Positions 1-12,050 of a DNA stretch of 64,000 nucleotides are shown piece after piece. The notes under the pieces are model-generated. The model did not search any database, was not told the DNA's origin, and saw nothing but the letters and a program-made list of their open reading frames with translations. Each line of letters begins with the position of its first letter. The first letter of the stretch is position 1. A program made the position numbers and the translations under genes. The DNA is from Phoronis australis (lineage: Eukaryota; Animalia; Phoronida): positions 1,664,503-1,728,502 of the forward strand of contig NMRA01000003.1 of the NCBI GenBank assembly GCA_002633005.1, given 5' to 3'.

Positions 1-2369
1 TCGTAAGACGATATAAAAACATCAAGAACTTTACGTTTTGGAACTTGTCACTCTTTATTAGTCGGGCTATTGACAAAATTTGAAAGCCGTCACTCTAGAT
101 AACAAAAGTCATTAACATTCGTTTAAGGTCTCTTTAAAGGTGTTTGTCTATTCTTTTTACATCTTTATACAGAAAGTATTTCGCCAATCAATTTTATTTG
201 TTCTTCTGATGTATGACTTTAATGACTAATCTGAATGTTGTCAGTGAATTAATCTCAATACAACCTTTTCCTGCCTAGTTTCTATCATAATTCCAATTTT
301 TGGCTGGTGGTCTGTTGCTGAAGTATAAATTAGTTTTGAAATTCTATCTTCTGCCAATAGATGGAGGTTGATTACAGCATGTTGTACCTAATGGGTGAAC
401 AGCACAGTGTTTCATATTTTGTCACTGCACACTTATCGAGAAGGGTACATTGACCCTGATGCCGTGCACTTCTTTTCACATTTTAAAAGCAAAACATACA
501 TCACGTAAACCTGTTTTCAGGCCAGTTATCAACGAAGAAATGTGAGGACATCTGTTTTTAGATATATTTATTTGATTAGGCTTACACCAAGTCTACAGTG
601 TGGATGGTTAATGGCAAAGTCTCTCCTTCTAGATCAGCACAGTCGATACAGACAGTGTGATGCACACATGCCACCTTCTCCAGCAAATTTTCATTTGTTG
701 TATTGGAAAACTTTTTCAAAGTAATATGAAAACTTGACATTTATTCCTGGCCTTTCTGCTGACTGTTGCGGTGATTGCATTTTGCAGATTCATTGCTGGA
801 GTCATGTCTTGGTAAGAAATAGCTAAGTTACTTCACTTTTTGTAGTCACTTAACATTCTTTGGTCATCCACTGATAGTTATGTGTGTGTCTTCTATTTCT
901 GTCTCTTTTATGGTCTGTTTATCACCAGTTTCTAGCCAGGCAAGTCTTAGTACCTACATGTCATCTGTATTGTTTATGCCTGGTAGTAATGCCAACATGC
1001 TCAGTTCCTCTGGAGTATTGGTGGTAACAAGTTTAACTTGCATTGTGGCTGCAATTATGATATCAACCAAGCCTGATATCAACTTGCCATAGTAGATTAC
1101 TGCTGGGACATTATTACACGAAAAGAATTTGCAAATACAGTGAAACTGCCATTAGCCATAAATGGCTAAACTTAATTTGAGTTTCTTGGGTGAACTTCCC
1201 CTGTAATGCTCATTTTAGTTTGGGCGCCCTGCCCTTCAGACAAGTCCGATAAAATTTCTCTGTCCTGGGTTGAATCAAACTTATGCACGTTATACTGTAG
1301 AACAGCTTAATTCTATCTTTGTCGTAGTCTAACAGTTCGTTACACACATTGTTTTGATGAGTCCGTTTATGAAAGGCATAGCACAGCGGCATCTATTGCA
1401 GCATAAGCTTTCTACAGCTCAAATCTCTGTCAATATTCCGTCGTTGATTCACCTGATTGTCTTTCTTACTTCGTCTCAAAATTGTTCTTGTAGCCTCTGG
1501 CATCAACGCTATGTCTACAACTTGATTGTTCTTGACGTTTCCTGATCTTATGGAAATTTTAATTTCCTGTCCTCAAATGTTTACTGGGTGCTGTTTTGCA
1601 CTTGTATGAGATGATACTTTTGTCAGGGGATTCAACCAGAGGAAATTAAGGAACATGCTTATTTACTGCTGTTTCTAAAGCCTGGCTTTACACCTAGGTG
1701 TAACCTCAATACTTCCTTACAGCTTCTGTTTTGTAAAAAGTACTGATCAACTCGTTGTCCTAAACAAATATGTCTACGGCATGTCACATATATTTGAAGG
1801 AAGGGCTGTTACAAAGGTATACATATTCATTTGCCAAAGCTCACCTGAAACCTGTAATAAGAACGCTTAGTGGTCAGTTATAATTTTGAATATTTTATCT
1901 GGATTTCTTTTGATTTCTGTTTATTAATTTATTTAAATTTTTGAACTCTTTGAGAACACTTTTGATGTCTAATAGTTGAACCATATGGTTTCCTTTATTG
2001 TTTGAATGAGGCGCAGGGCCCACACCCTTTGAAATTAGCTGACTATTAATCAATGAGCATGTTATTGGTATTCCCATGGGCATTCTAGTTTGTTATAATT
2101 AGCCCGTTTTCAGAGGTACTCTAGCTGCGTCATGTGATTGTAACAGCCACGTCATGATGCCATACGTGATAGTTGAGGAATCCAATATCTGTTTTTGATG
2201 ATAAAATACTATGCTATAGTTTATCCCTTATCGCTGACGTCAATAAGCAGCCTGAAGCCGGAATGGAACAAATATGTTTGCTTGTCATTCTCTTTTTTGA
2301 TATCTAATGACATCCTTCATTTCTCATTTAATTTCTTATGAAAAGACTTGGCTTTTTTGTAATAATTGT

Positions 2370-2400
2370 TGTTTTGTTTGTTTGCTTGTTTGTTTGTTTG
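2370..2400. repeat. (TTTG)n microsatellite
   Basis: Direct inspection. Confidence 0.9.
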
Positions 2401-2680
2401 TACAATACAGACTGCCTTTCTTGACTGACTGCCATTATATTGCCCCTCAGTAATTCTAATCGCATGTTTTTAGAAGTTCTCCAACATTATATGGCGCTGT
2501 GTTGTTTTGACGAAGTTTTCTAAAACTTCATTTGCCAATACTTCTCATATATTTCACTTGCATTATCTGGTTTTCTCTACAATTTGTCGTTCTCAAGTTA
2601 TTCAAGATTTGCTGATTCTTGACTGATAAGTGTGGGTGATTAATCATTGGTTGTACAACCTTAATCAAAGTAATTTTAGT

Positions 2681-2860
2681 CCATATTTGTTTACCATCAT
2701 CCCATGCTGTCATCATTATTACCATATTTGTTTACCATCATTCCGTGACGTCATTGTTTCTACGTTTGTTTACTGTAATCCACATTTGCTTATCATCATC
2801 GTATGATGCCATTGCTTCCATATTTGTTTACTGTGACATCATCATTGTTTTCCTCATCTT
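2681..2860. repeat. Degenerate ~41-bp tandem repeat (CCATATTTGTTTACCATCAT core)
   Basis: Core at 2681, 2722, ~2760, ~2780 and ~2818. Confidence 0.7.
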
Positions 2861-5800
2861 CTTTGCATCTGTATTTGTTCTTTGTGTCCAGTGTCTTTCA
2901 TTGTCTGTGTATACTGCATGAGACCCATGTTGGTACACAGGTGACGTCTTTGTATCATATGGCATTGCAATCAACGTCATTGAAATCATTTTTGTTGTTG
3001 GCACACAGTTTTCATCTTGATGAGTATCTACAGTCTCGTCAATGGCATCAGGGTAGCTGAGGTGTCAGTGGTCATGTTAACAGTGTCGTCATACTCAACA
3101 TTGTCACGGGCAACATTCTCAGTGTCACCATCCGTTCTTTCATTTCCTATTGGGAAAATTCTTTTATTACATATGCTTCAATATCTGCCCAGTTCCTTGA
3201 TGGACTGATTTTCGTGAAATTTGTCAAATGCTTTTCTATTTTTGAGGCAACGACACCTTCCCATTTTCAGACGAATTCTCCGTAATCTGCATCCCCTATT
3301 GGCCATTTTTAATATTTTCTTTCTTTTTTGGCACCTGCTTCTCTTTCCATCAAACCATTTGAAGGATTAAGATAGTTCTCAGATGCGTTCCTATTGAGAT
3401 AAGCTCAGCTGACTTCAAACTACTATGATGCTCTCCGGAGGCACTTTCCATTGTGTAAGTCTCCTTGATGGTCTGCCATAAAATTTGGCACATAGGTTTC
3501 TACTATGCCCTTACTAGTGGTCATTATTATTATTTTTGCATCTATTTGGAGACATAGTATGTTTTGAAAGTTTGTTAATAATAGCATATTTAAATAGTTC
3601 TTTAAAAGCACTCACAATCAGGTTTTTTGAATTTGAATTTTGAAAATTGGATAAGAAATATAACTTTAACAACATAAAATGTTTGTTTCATGTTGCAATA
3701 CTATATTCCTCATTAATTCTGCTGGGTGTGTAACATAATTGGGTCAATTACAAAACCACCAGGCAGCAGTTGGATTTTGAGGTAAGCCATTACACGATTC
3801 TTGGCATGCCCTTCTATGTAATACCCATTGCATTCAGATTCTGACTCAAGGATGATATAGAGCAGTCTATGTGGCAAATAGGGCAAATTTGAAAAACCAA
3901 CCTGGCATGTACCTAGCTGTGCCTCTTATTTCATGCAGATCTCAACTTTACCCAGTTTTCTGTTGTGGGAAGCGGAGACAGCAATGCGAGACTGAGGTGG
4001 ACTTCCTCTTTGGATTTGTTTGGCTCATGTTACAGACAAACCTAATGCCTGACTGAACTAAAACATATCTACCTCTATTCATGTTTGTGTTGGGTGTATC
4101 TCTCTTTGTTGCAAAAACATTCGAACTTTGTTTTTGAAGCATCAAAATTGATCCATAAGTAATAAAGTTCTAACTTGTGCTGATGAGCATCAAAAGTGAG
4201 CCATTTGGTGCACTGTCACAAAACACAAGACCCATAAACAGTAACATGACTGCCACAGCATATTTGATACTGCCTCTGTGGAATCATAGGAGGATAACCC
4301 CAGCATTGATAACTTGTCTGGTGATCAATCATTTTTCGTGTACATGAAAGTTTTAATATTTCGCCTAATGTATACTGATGTATTCTCCATATTTTCCATG
4401 TTCTGACCAGGCGTGATTACGTAACAGCTCCTAAGCAGGCTGTTTGGAACCTAATTGTTTCTGAAAGAAGTTCATAATTGGGGGCTTTCTTGGTGGGCGC
4501 TTATTCTGAAATTGCAGGTACACTGTTATTTCAAGCGCTTTGTGATTGGGACGTTAAAACATTGCTCATAGTCAAGTATGACCTGCTTGTTTTAAGACTG
4601 CGATTGACTTCTGCAACGTAGGACCTGCATGCTGTGTGAGAGCTAGTAAGAAACAGCCCATGGTTTCATGGAGAACTGAGAAGAAACTCCTATGTTGCGG
4701 GTAATAAGTTGTGAAAGCAAGAACTGACCCGTGATCATTTGGTGTTGTTGCATCGGATACTCAAATCACCACGACCACTCAGGTCACATGTTGGTTGAGT
4801 GAAATGTTGTCATGAGTCCTGCAATCTTACTGTTGGTTTGCTAGCTTTTTCATTCTTACGTAATTTTTACAGGTGTTTGGTAAACATCTGTGAAATCAGT
4901 GAAAGCCGCTATTAGCTGATGTCAACAACTTTCTTCACAGGTGTATATTCGCTTCCAAAGCAACGTCATTGCATTTTAATCATTTGCTTTAAATGAAATT
5001 GGGTGCAATGAGTCACCTGCTATTCTCCTGGAGGCCATATCTACGCGTCAGCAGGTGAAATTGACCTGTTGTGATAGATGAACTTCTCGTTCCTGGTCGG
5101 AAGCAATGAACTGTCAGTTCTTCTCGTGACAATATCTTATTTGTTAACTATGCAAGGAACTAGATGAGACTGATTTTTTAATTGTAAAGTTGTTTTTTGA
5201 CATAAGGTGTTGGCAAAACAGAGGAGTTGATGGGAAAGCGTTGGTTTCTTGTCCAGATGAAAGGTTTTCAGATACAGATATGTCCATCCGGTGTATTGTT
5301 AATCGTTCTTGCCTATAGTAAATTTGTCAATGGGCTGGCAACTACAATTCACCAGTGCCGGAACGTTGTCGATGAAATTAAATACTAGCTTTATGCTGTC
5401 ATAAAGTAGATGGATCTTTACCAAAGATGCGACTTGTGCATAAATCTTTTAAAGTATGAAGTTGACCTTAGAATAAACTGTTAAAATAGACAAATCTTTA
5501 CGTCGCTGGTGGCAATTAAATCTTTTTTGTCATATTCCTCCTGTAGGAATTTCACCTTTCACGTATCTGTTGCAACCAATCAGAAAACTCAGATTTGGCT
5601 GACCCAATTATTGTGAAATTAAGGTATTTGTGACCTACTTAGGTAATTCATTCATAACAAGGCGACTCGACTTTGGAATGTCCAACTACCCCCAGCTGTC
5701 TCTGAAAGAGCTAAAACTGACCCGTGAAAAATACCCCTATGTTAAACAGTCATTTAAAACTTTGTTAGAGAAACCTGTTTTTAGTATAAATTAGCTTTAA

Positions 5801-8800
5801 GTACATATGGTGCAACATTTCATGGTAACCGGACACTTTTGTAACTGGCTTTTGTCCTGTGACTGAAAGCCCCTACTTGCTGTCTTCAAAGGACATCTTT
5901 ACCCAAAGAGGCGTTTAACACTATATAAAAGTTTAATGGAATTTACTTAAAATTCGCTAGCCAGTGGTTGCTTTTGAATTCACATTAACAGCTTATAGAG
6001 CATGCAAATAGCTATCCGGTCTACCCAGGCCTATCACTTTGATTTCTTACGGACAAAACTGAACGAATTATTGTCTCCCTGGACATTCTATCATGTACAA
6101 AATGGATGATATTTAAACAGTAAAGCTGTTAGAGGATTAATCAGAGACAGACTATTAGAACAATAATTGATGATAATGGTACAAGATACAGTAGCCCTTG
6201 GGTCATTTTGATGGACAAATAGTAGTCATGTCCCATGATCGTAAGAGAATTCTTAGTTACAAGTGGGCATCAGCTTCCAAACTTTTCATCTGTACAGTTT
6301 TCTCCTCTAATCATTTCAAGTTTGGATTGTATCAAGAAAACCTGGCGTTACCTATCTTCTGAATGCATTACTTATATCTGAAGACTAATTGGATTCTATG
6401 AGTTGCAGTCACTTACCTTCACACCATCATCTGTCCTTAGCTTCTTTCAGGCAAAACACTGAAATTGTATAGGACAGCTTGGAACATGTGAGCGGACTCG
6501 GGTAAATGTGACTAAGTTTGCTACTCCGTCTGTTGGTGAAAATACTGTTTTACTGCCAAGCACCAACTACACTGTCCATTTTTATTTGAAAACATCTGCC
6601 GTCTTTTCTCAATTGGTGAGAATTTTTTCCATGAGTGCATGACAACATATGAGTGGCAATTAGTATTTTTTCTTTAACTTTCTCCCAAATTTATGGAAAT
6701 GAGGACGTCATGACATGTCTCTCGGTGTGTCCAGGTGTTATTGGTGTTTACTTACCTTTCTGTACAAAATAACAACATCGACAACACACAGTAATTTAAT
6801 GCCTTTATTGCTGAAGTTTGTCATGTTTACTAAAACACGCACAAACTTCGTTAGTAATGACAGTCTCTCTGCATCAGTAGCACACGTCCTCTCTTTACAG
6901 TGGCGTCCTTGTGGTGTGTGAGTGCATATTTGCGTGCAAAAATATTTACTGCTGTTCATTAACAGACACAGATTAAAAACTTAATAGCTGGTTACATGCA
7001 AAAGTCTATGCAGCTAAAGCCACATGAAACACAACCTTCAAAACCTCTGTTCGGTGTTTGGAATACATTTATTTGTTTCCAACGGCTCTACCATAGACAA
7101 GTGGAGTTTGTTGATTGTTTTAAAGCTAGCTATGTTGACATTTTATAGTTTTCAAGTTGAACTCCCATCTAATTAGCTCTGTAAGTGACTGAGAATTATG
7201 GGAAATATAATGTAATGCTGAATAATAATCATAGGTAGTGAAAATGAAGTAATGAAGGTGGCGATACGGTAAAATATCGAAATCTCGCCTATTCTGGACA
7301 AAAATAATTGCCAAAATTGCCCATGTTTAATTTTGAAAACATTTACTAGTAGAACCCCTGGATTGATTTGTGCAAGTCTGACTTAGCTGTAGTTTAGGTA
7401 TGGTTTTATTGGATAACCTGTCACTGTGTAACATGAAAGAACGAAGTTAGATGAAAAAGTTTTTAAAGCCTGAGATCCCAAGTCCATCTGACAGCCGGGG
7501 TTTCCTTGTTCATGTTCTCCATCTTCAGTTACGATTTATAACTTGAATCTTTCAACATGACATCCAGTTTTAAGATGGGCTACCTGTATGTTAAACTAAG
7601 GTATACAGAACACTTTTTTCTACTCCTTTTCACTGACAGGAGTCCAGTATGCTTGTAGAAATGCTGGCACTGGTATCTGATTCAAAGCATCCCACTATTT
7701 ATTTTACCTTTTGTTACTACTCCCAGCTTCAAAACCTGACAGCATTGAGAACATGGTGTTGCTACCTATTGTCTCTGCTTTTGTTAAAATTGTCACATAG
7801 ACAATTGTCTGTCACTTGTTGAGCCTTGCCTGACTGGTCACTATGGTTGTCACCTGTGACAATGTTGGTACAACCCTTTGTTCATTTATTTGCACCTGAT
7901 TTCTTAAGTGCTGTGACCTTTCCTAGCTTCATTAATACAAATTTGTTCAGATAAAACTACTTGATCTAACAGGATAGAACTTGTTAGTTCACAGGTCTAC
8001 TGTATGGTCATTGCTTTTTAACCATGATTTATTGGCCAAAGTGTCTGTTAATTCTTCTCTGCTGTCAACTAAATGAGGCCAAGCCCTGCTAAATTGTGTT
8101 CTAAGTCTGTCCTAGTATTTCCGTTTTAGAGGCATTTCGCTGTTAATTCTGCATTGTAAGCCATATTTAGCCTTCCTCTGAGTGTACACTCGCAAAACTC
8201 TTATGTGGATGTGAGCTTATGCTGAGCGGGGGCATTGCCTTCCGCACTTCACTTACACCAATCTAAAAATATTGGGCGCCAAGATGGATTTGGTTTATCA
8301 CTGTTTTGTTATTTTCAAGTAAATGAGAAATATGTGTATAAACTATATATAAACAATCTCACTGACTTTGAGTGTAAAATATTCACTAAACGTAACAGAT
8401 AATGTGCAAAATGCCACTCTGTAGAAAATTATCTGTGGAAGTAAAATCAAAAAGGTGCAGTTTGTCAAGTGTGGATGACGTGATGTGTCACTGGGTGAAG
8501 GTGATCAAGATCATCCTGTTTGAGTGTGACAATGTGTCTAGTGTTGCATCATTGCACAATGAGGTCATCGCCATGACAGCACGATTATCTAGTTTACACT
8601 TAAAAATTGGGCTTCATCATTTTTCCTTGTACGGGAATGTGCTAATCTCTATCGATGGTGTTCTAATTGCTGTCAACATGCTGTGTATACTTGGTCATTT
8701 TTGATATTGATTTTTTTCTGTCGTAATGCCTTGTTGAACAATATACCTGTCAACATTTGATGTTGGTCAGAAAAGTCAAGGTATTGTGGCGACGGTTTTG

Positions 8801-9165
8801 CAGCTTCCGGCGTAGACTAATTTTTTTCAACACTAACAACAATACGTTGGAATTTTTTGCTTAGACATGATTTGTCAGATTTGTATTGTTTTGTGTTCAG
8901 TGTTTACATTTGAAGGTGAAATTTTAAAAAGATATGTTTCATACTAAGAAGTGCAAAATCCAACTGGATATTTGAAGCTGCATTTTGACCTATTTGGTTA
9001 TGACTTTAAACATAGTTTGAGTTCTTAATAGAAGATCCAAAATCAGCAGCTGATCTGTAATCACAGGAAATACTCATTGTATTGTCACTAATGGCTGACC
9101 TATTTTTGAATGGAATTCCATGCGCGCCATTTTTGAATTTCAAGGTTGGCCAGCCACAATAAAAG

Positions 9166-9385
9166 AGGAGGCAGTGTGGCCTAGTATCATAGGTATCCGC
9201 TTTCTTTACTCGAATTCATGGGTTTGAGTCCCGCTGGGTCACACTGCTAAACCCTTGAGTCAGGTTTCTAGCTCCTCAGCACATTAATAAAGCAAAAAAT
9301 GGTTGCAGGTGATCAGTACAATAGGATTACTTGCACAGCCTGCTCACGTCTGCTACAATGTGTATCAGACCACCTGCAATTATTT
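9166..9385 (+). mobile_element. Degenerate tRNA-derived SINE
   Basis: A-box-like TGGCCTAGT (~9177) and B-box-like GGTTTGAGTCCC (~9221), followed by a CCCTTGAG-containing body. No clean cloverleaf. Confidence 0.6.
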
Positions 9386-10209
9386 TTATACAACCACAAT
9401 AAAATCAACAATTTTATGTGTTTCTTGACTTTTTGAGGGTCTTCTCGGTAACAGAGCCCTGTCATGGCAAGGAAAATTTTGTTGATTTTGCAAGTCTTTA
9501 GAGTAAAAGGTCGAACTGGACTAAGCTAAATGTTGTAGGTCTACTTAATATCCCACTCAAATTATTACACAATTTTAGATTTTCATTTTACGACACATAG
9601 TCACAACGCTTTTAACTGATATGGTTTCATCGATGTGCTGTTTTTTCCCACTGTTTCAAAATTATTTATGAATCAGACATATGCAAATTAACACTAAAAG
9701 GATGGCTGTTTTCATACCCGAATAGTGACATACACTGAAGGAATCTAACCAATTGGTCTTAAAATTTTCTTGGCCAATTTGATATCAATTAGTTTCTACC
9801 GTGAAAACATCAAAACAATTCACATTTTGCGTGCGTGTAATTTGTAGAAGCCCAATCTTGGAAGGGCAGTCAACCCTATTAAAATCAATGCCAGTGTGAT
9901 TGATTTTTTATAGCCAATGCTTGTAATTGGACTGTTTGGAAGTGAGATTCATTTTTAGCGCAATATAAAAATTTTGAGACAGCTCTGTAGCAATCTAATT
10001 TGTACAGACTATTATATGTTTTAGGTGCATGAGTCTGGAGAAAATGTTAATGTTTTTTGAACTTTTTGATGTGATGCTAGTGTAAAAAGGCGGCATAGCT
10101 ACACTTTTTGTCAATGTGGACTATTGCAGCTACCCCTTTGGTAAAATTGTCTCCTTGTTCCTTACATGAAGGTGATCACAGCACCCCCAGAAACAATTGA
10201 GATGAGTTC

Positions 10210-11303
10210 TTATTCACTACCAGGGATGCCCACGGTCACTTCATTCATTACTTGGAGTGTCCACATGTTTCATTCACTACCTAGGATGTCCACATGTTTC
10301 ATTCACTACCTAGGATGCCCACATGTTTCATTCACTACCTGGGATCCCCACATGTTTCATTCACTTCATGGAGTGCCCACATGTTTCATTCACTACCTGG
10401 GATGTCCACATATTCCATTCACTACCTGAGATGTCCTCATATTTCATGCAATACCTGGATGCCCACATGTTTCATTCACTACCTGGGATGCCCACATATT
10501 CCATTCACTACCTGAGATGTCCACATATTTCATGCAATACCTGGATGCCCACATGTTTCATTCACTACCTGGGATGCCCACATATTCCATTCACTACCTG
10601 AGATGTCCACATATTTCATGCAATACCTGGATGCCCACATGTTTCATTCACTACCTGGGATGCCCACATATTCCATTCACTACCTGAGATGTCCACATAT
10701 TTCATGCAATACCTGGATGCCCACATGTTTCATTCACTACCTGGGATGCCCACATATTCCATTCACTACCTGAGATGTCCACATATTTCATGCAATACCT
10801 GGATGCCCACATGTTTCATTCACTACCTGGGATGCCCACATATTCCATTCACTACCTGAGATGTCCACATATTTCATGCAATACCTGGATGCCCACATGT
10901 TTCATTCACTACCTGGGATGCCCACATATTCCATTCACTACCTGAGATGTCCACATATTTCATGCAATACCTGGATGCCCACATGTTTCATTCACTACCT
11001 GGGATGCCCACATATTCCATTCACTACCTGAGATGTCCACATATTTCATGCAATACCTGGATGCCCACATGTTTCATTCACTACCTGGGATGCCCACATA
11101 TTCCATTCACTACCTGAGATGTCCACATATTTCATGCAATACCTGGGATGCCCACATATTTCATTCACTTCCTGGGATGCCCATCTATTTCATTCACTAC
11201 CTGGGATGCCCATCAATTTCATTCACTACCTGGGATGTCCACATATTTCGTTCACTACCTGAGAAGCTCACATATTTCATTCACTACCTGGGATGCCCAC
11301 ATA
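10210..11303. repeat. Minisatellite, ~29-bp monomer (GATGCCCACATGTTTCATTCACTACCTGG) with an 86-bp higher-order repeat core
   Basis: GATGCCCACATGTTTC recurs at 10458, 10544, 10630, 10716, 10802, 10888, 10974 and 11060 (period 86 = 29+29+28). Diverged monomers on both flanks. Confidence 0.97.
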
Positions 11304-11639
11304 CTTTATTCAAGGACATATACAATTCTCTTTACTACTGCCTAGGGACAATTTGGGTAGCTGTAGGTGTTATAGTGTGTTTAGAATGTAACGCAATTTC
11401 AATATTATAGCCCAAGCTGCATGTGCCCCAACCAACTGTAGGCCTGTTTTGCTTTCAACCCTCAAACATTTAATTAGATGGTTGAGATTAGAGTTGCATA
11501 ATGTATTGAGGCTTTCTTGCTGAAGTTGGTGACATTAGTGTATCCACTTCGTATTTCCTGAAGTTTCACCGATTACATCATGGCTCTTGTGCGATATGAG
11601 GCAGGGATAACTTCAGGAGCAAGACCCAAGTCATTTAAG

Positions 11640-12050
11640 CAAGGTACCTAAACTACACGGTCAACGGACTCATAAACACTGGCACGGACGCATGAACTCG
11701 ACTCACGGACCTGCAAACTCCGTCCCCTGACTCACAAACACGGGAACGGACTCACAAAACACGATCCACGCACCCAAAAACACGGGACACGGACTCATAT
11801 TCACAAGGAAGCACGGTTAACGGACTGCCAAACACGGTTTACGGACAAAATGAAGATGTCAGCAGACCCAGGAACCCGATGAGTCCGTTTACCGTGTTTC
11901 CTCATGAATATGAGTCCGTGTCCCGTGTATTTGGGTGAGTCCGTTCCTGTGTTTGTGAGTCAGTGGACGGTGTTTGCAGGTCCGTGAGTCGTGTTCATTG
12001 GTCCGTGCCCATGTTAATGAGTCCGTTGACTGTGTAGTTTAGGTATCTTG
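11640..12050. mobile_element. Foldback / MITE-like element with long imperfect inverted arms (~170-190 bp)
   Basis: Left end CAAGGTACCTAAACTACACGGTCAACGGACTCAT versus reverse complement of the right end CAAGATACCTAAACTACACAGTCAACGGACTCAT. Internal ACGGACTCA subrepeats are mirrored as TGAGTCCGT. Confidence 0.9.

Noticed and set aside
10210-11303. CRISPR-like array (29-bp periodic repeats) and the overlapping repetitive ORFs
   Set aside because: Units are contiguous with no unique spacers, there are no cas genes and the context is eukaryotic. The ORFs are translations of the minisatellite.
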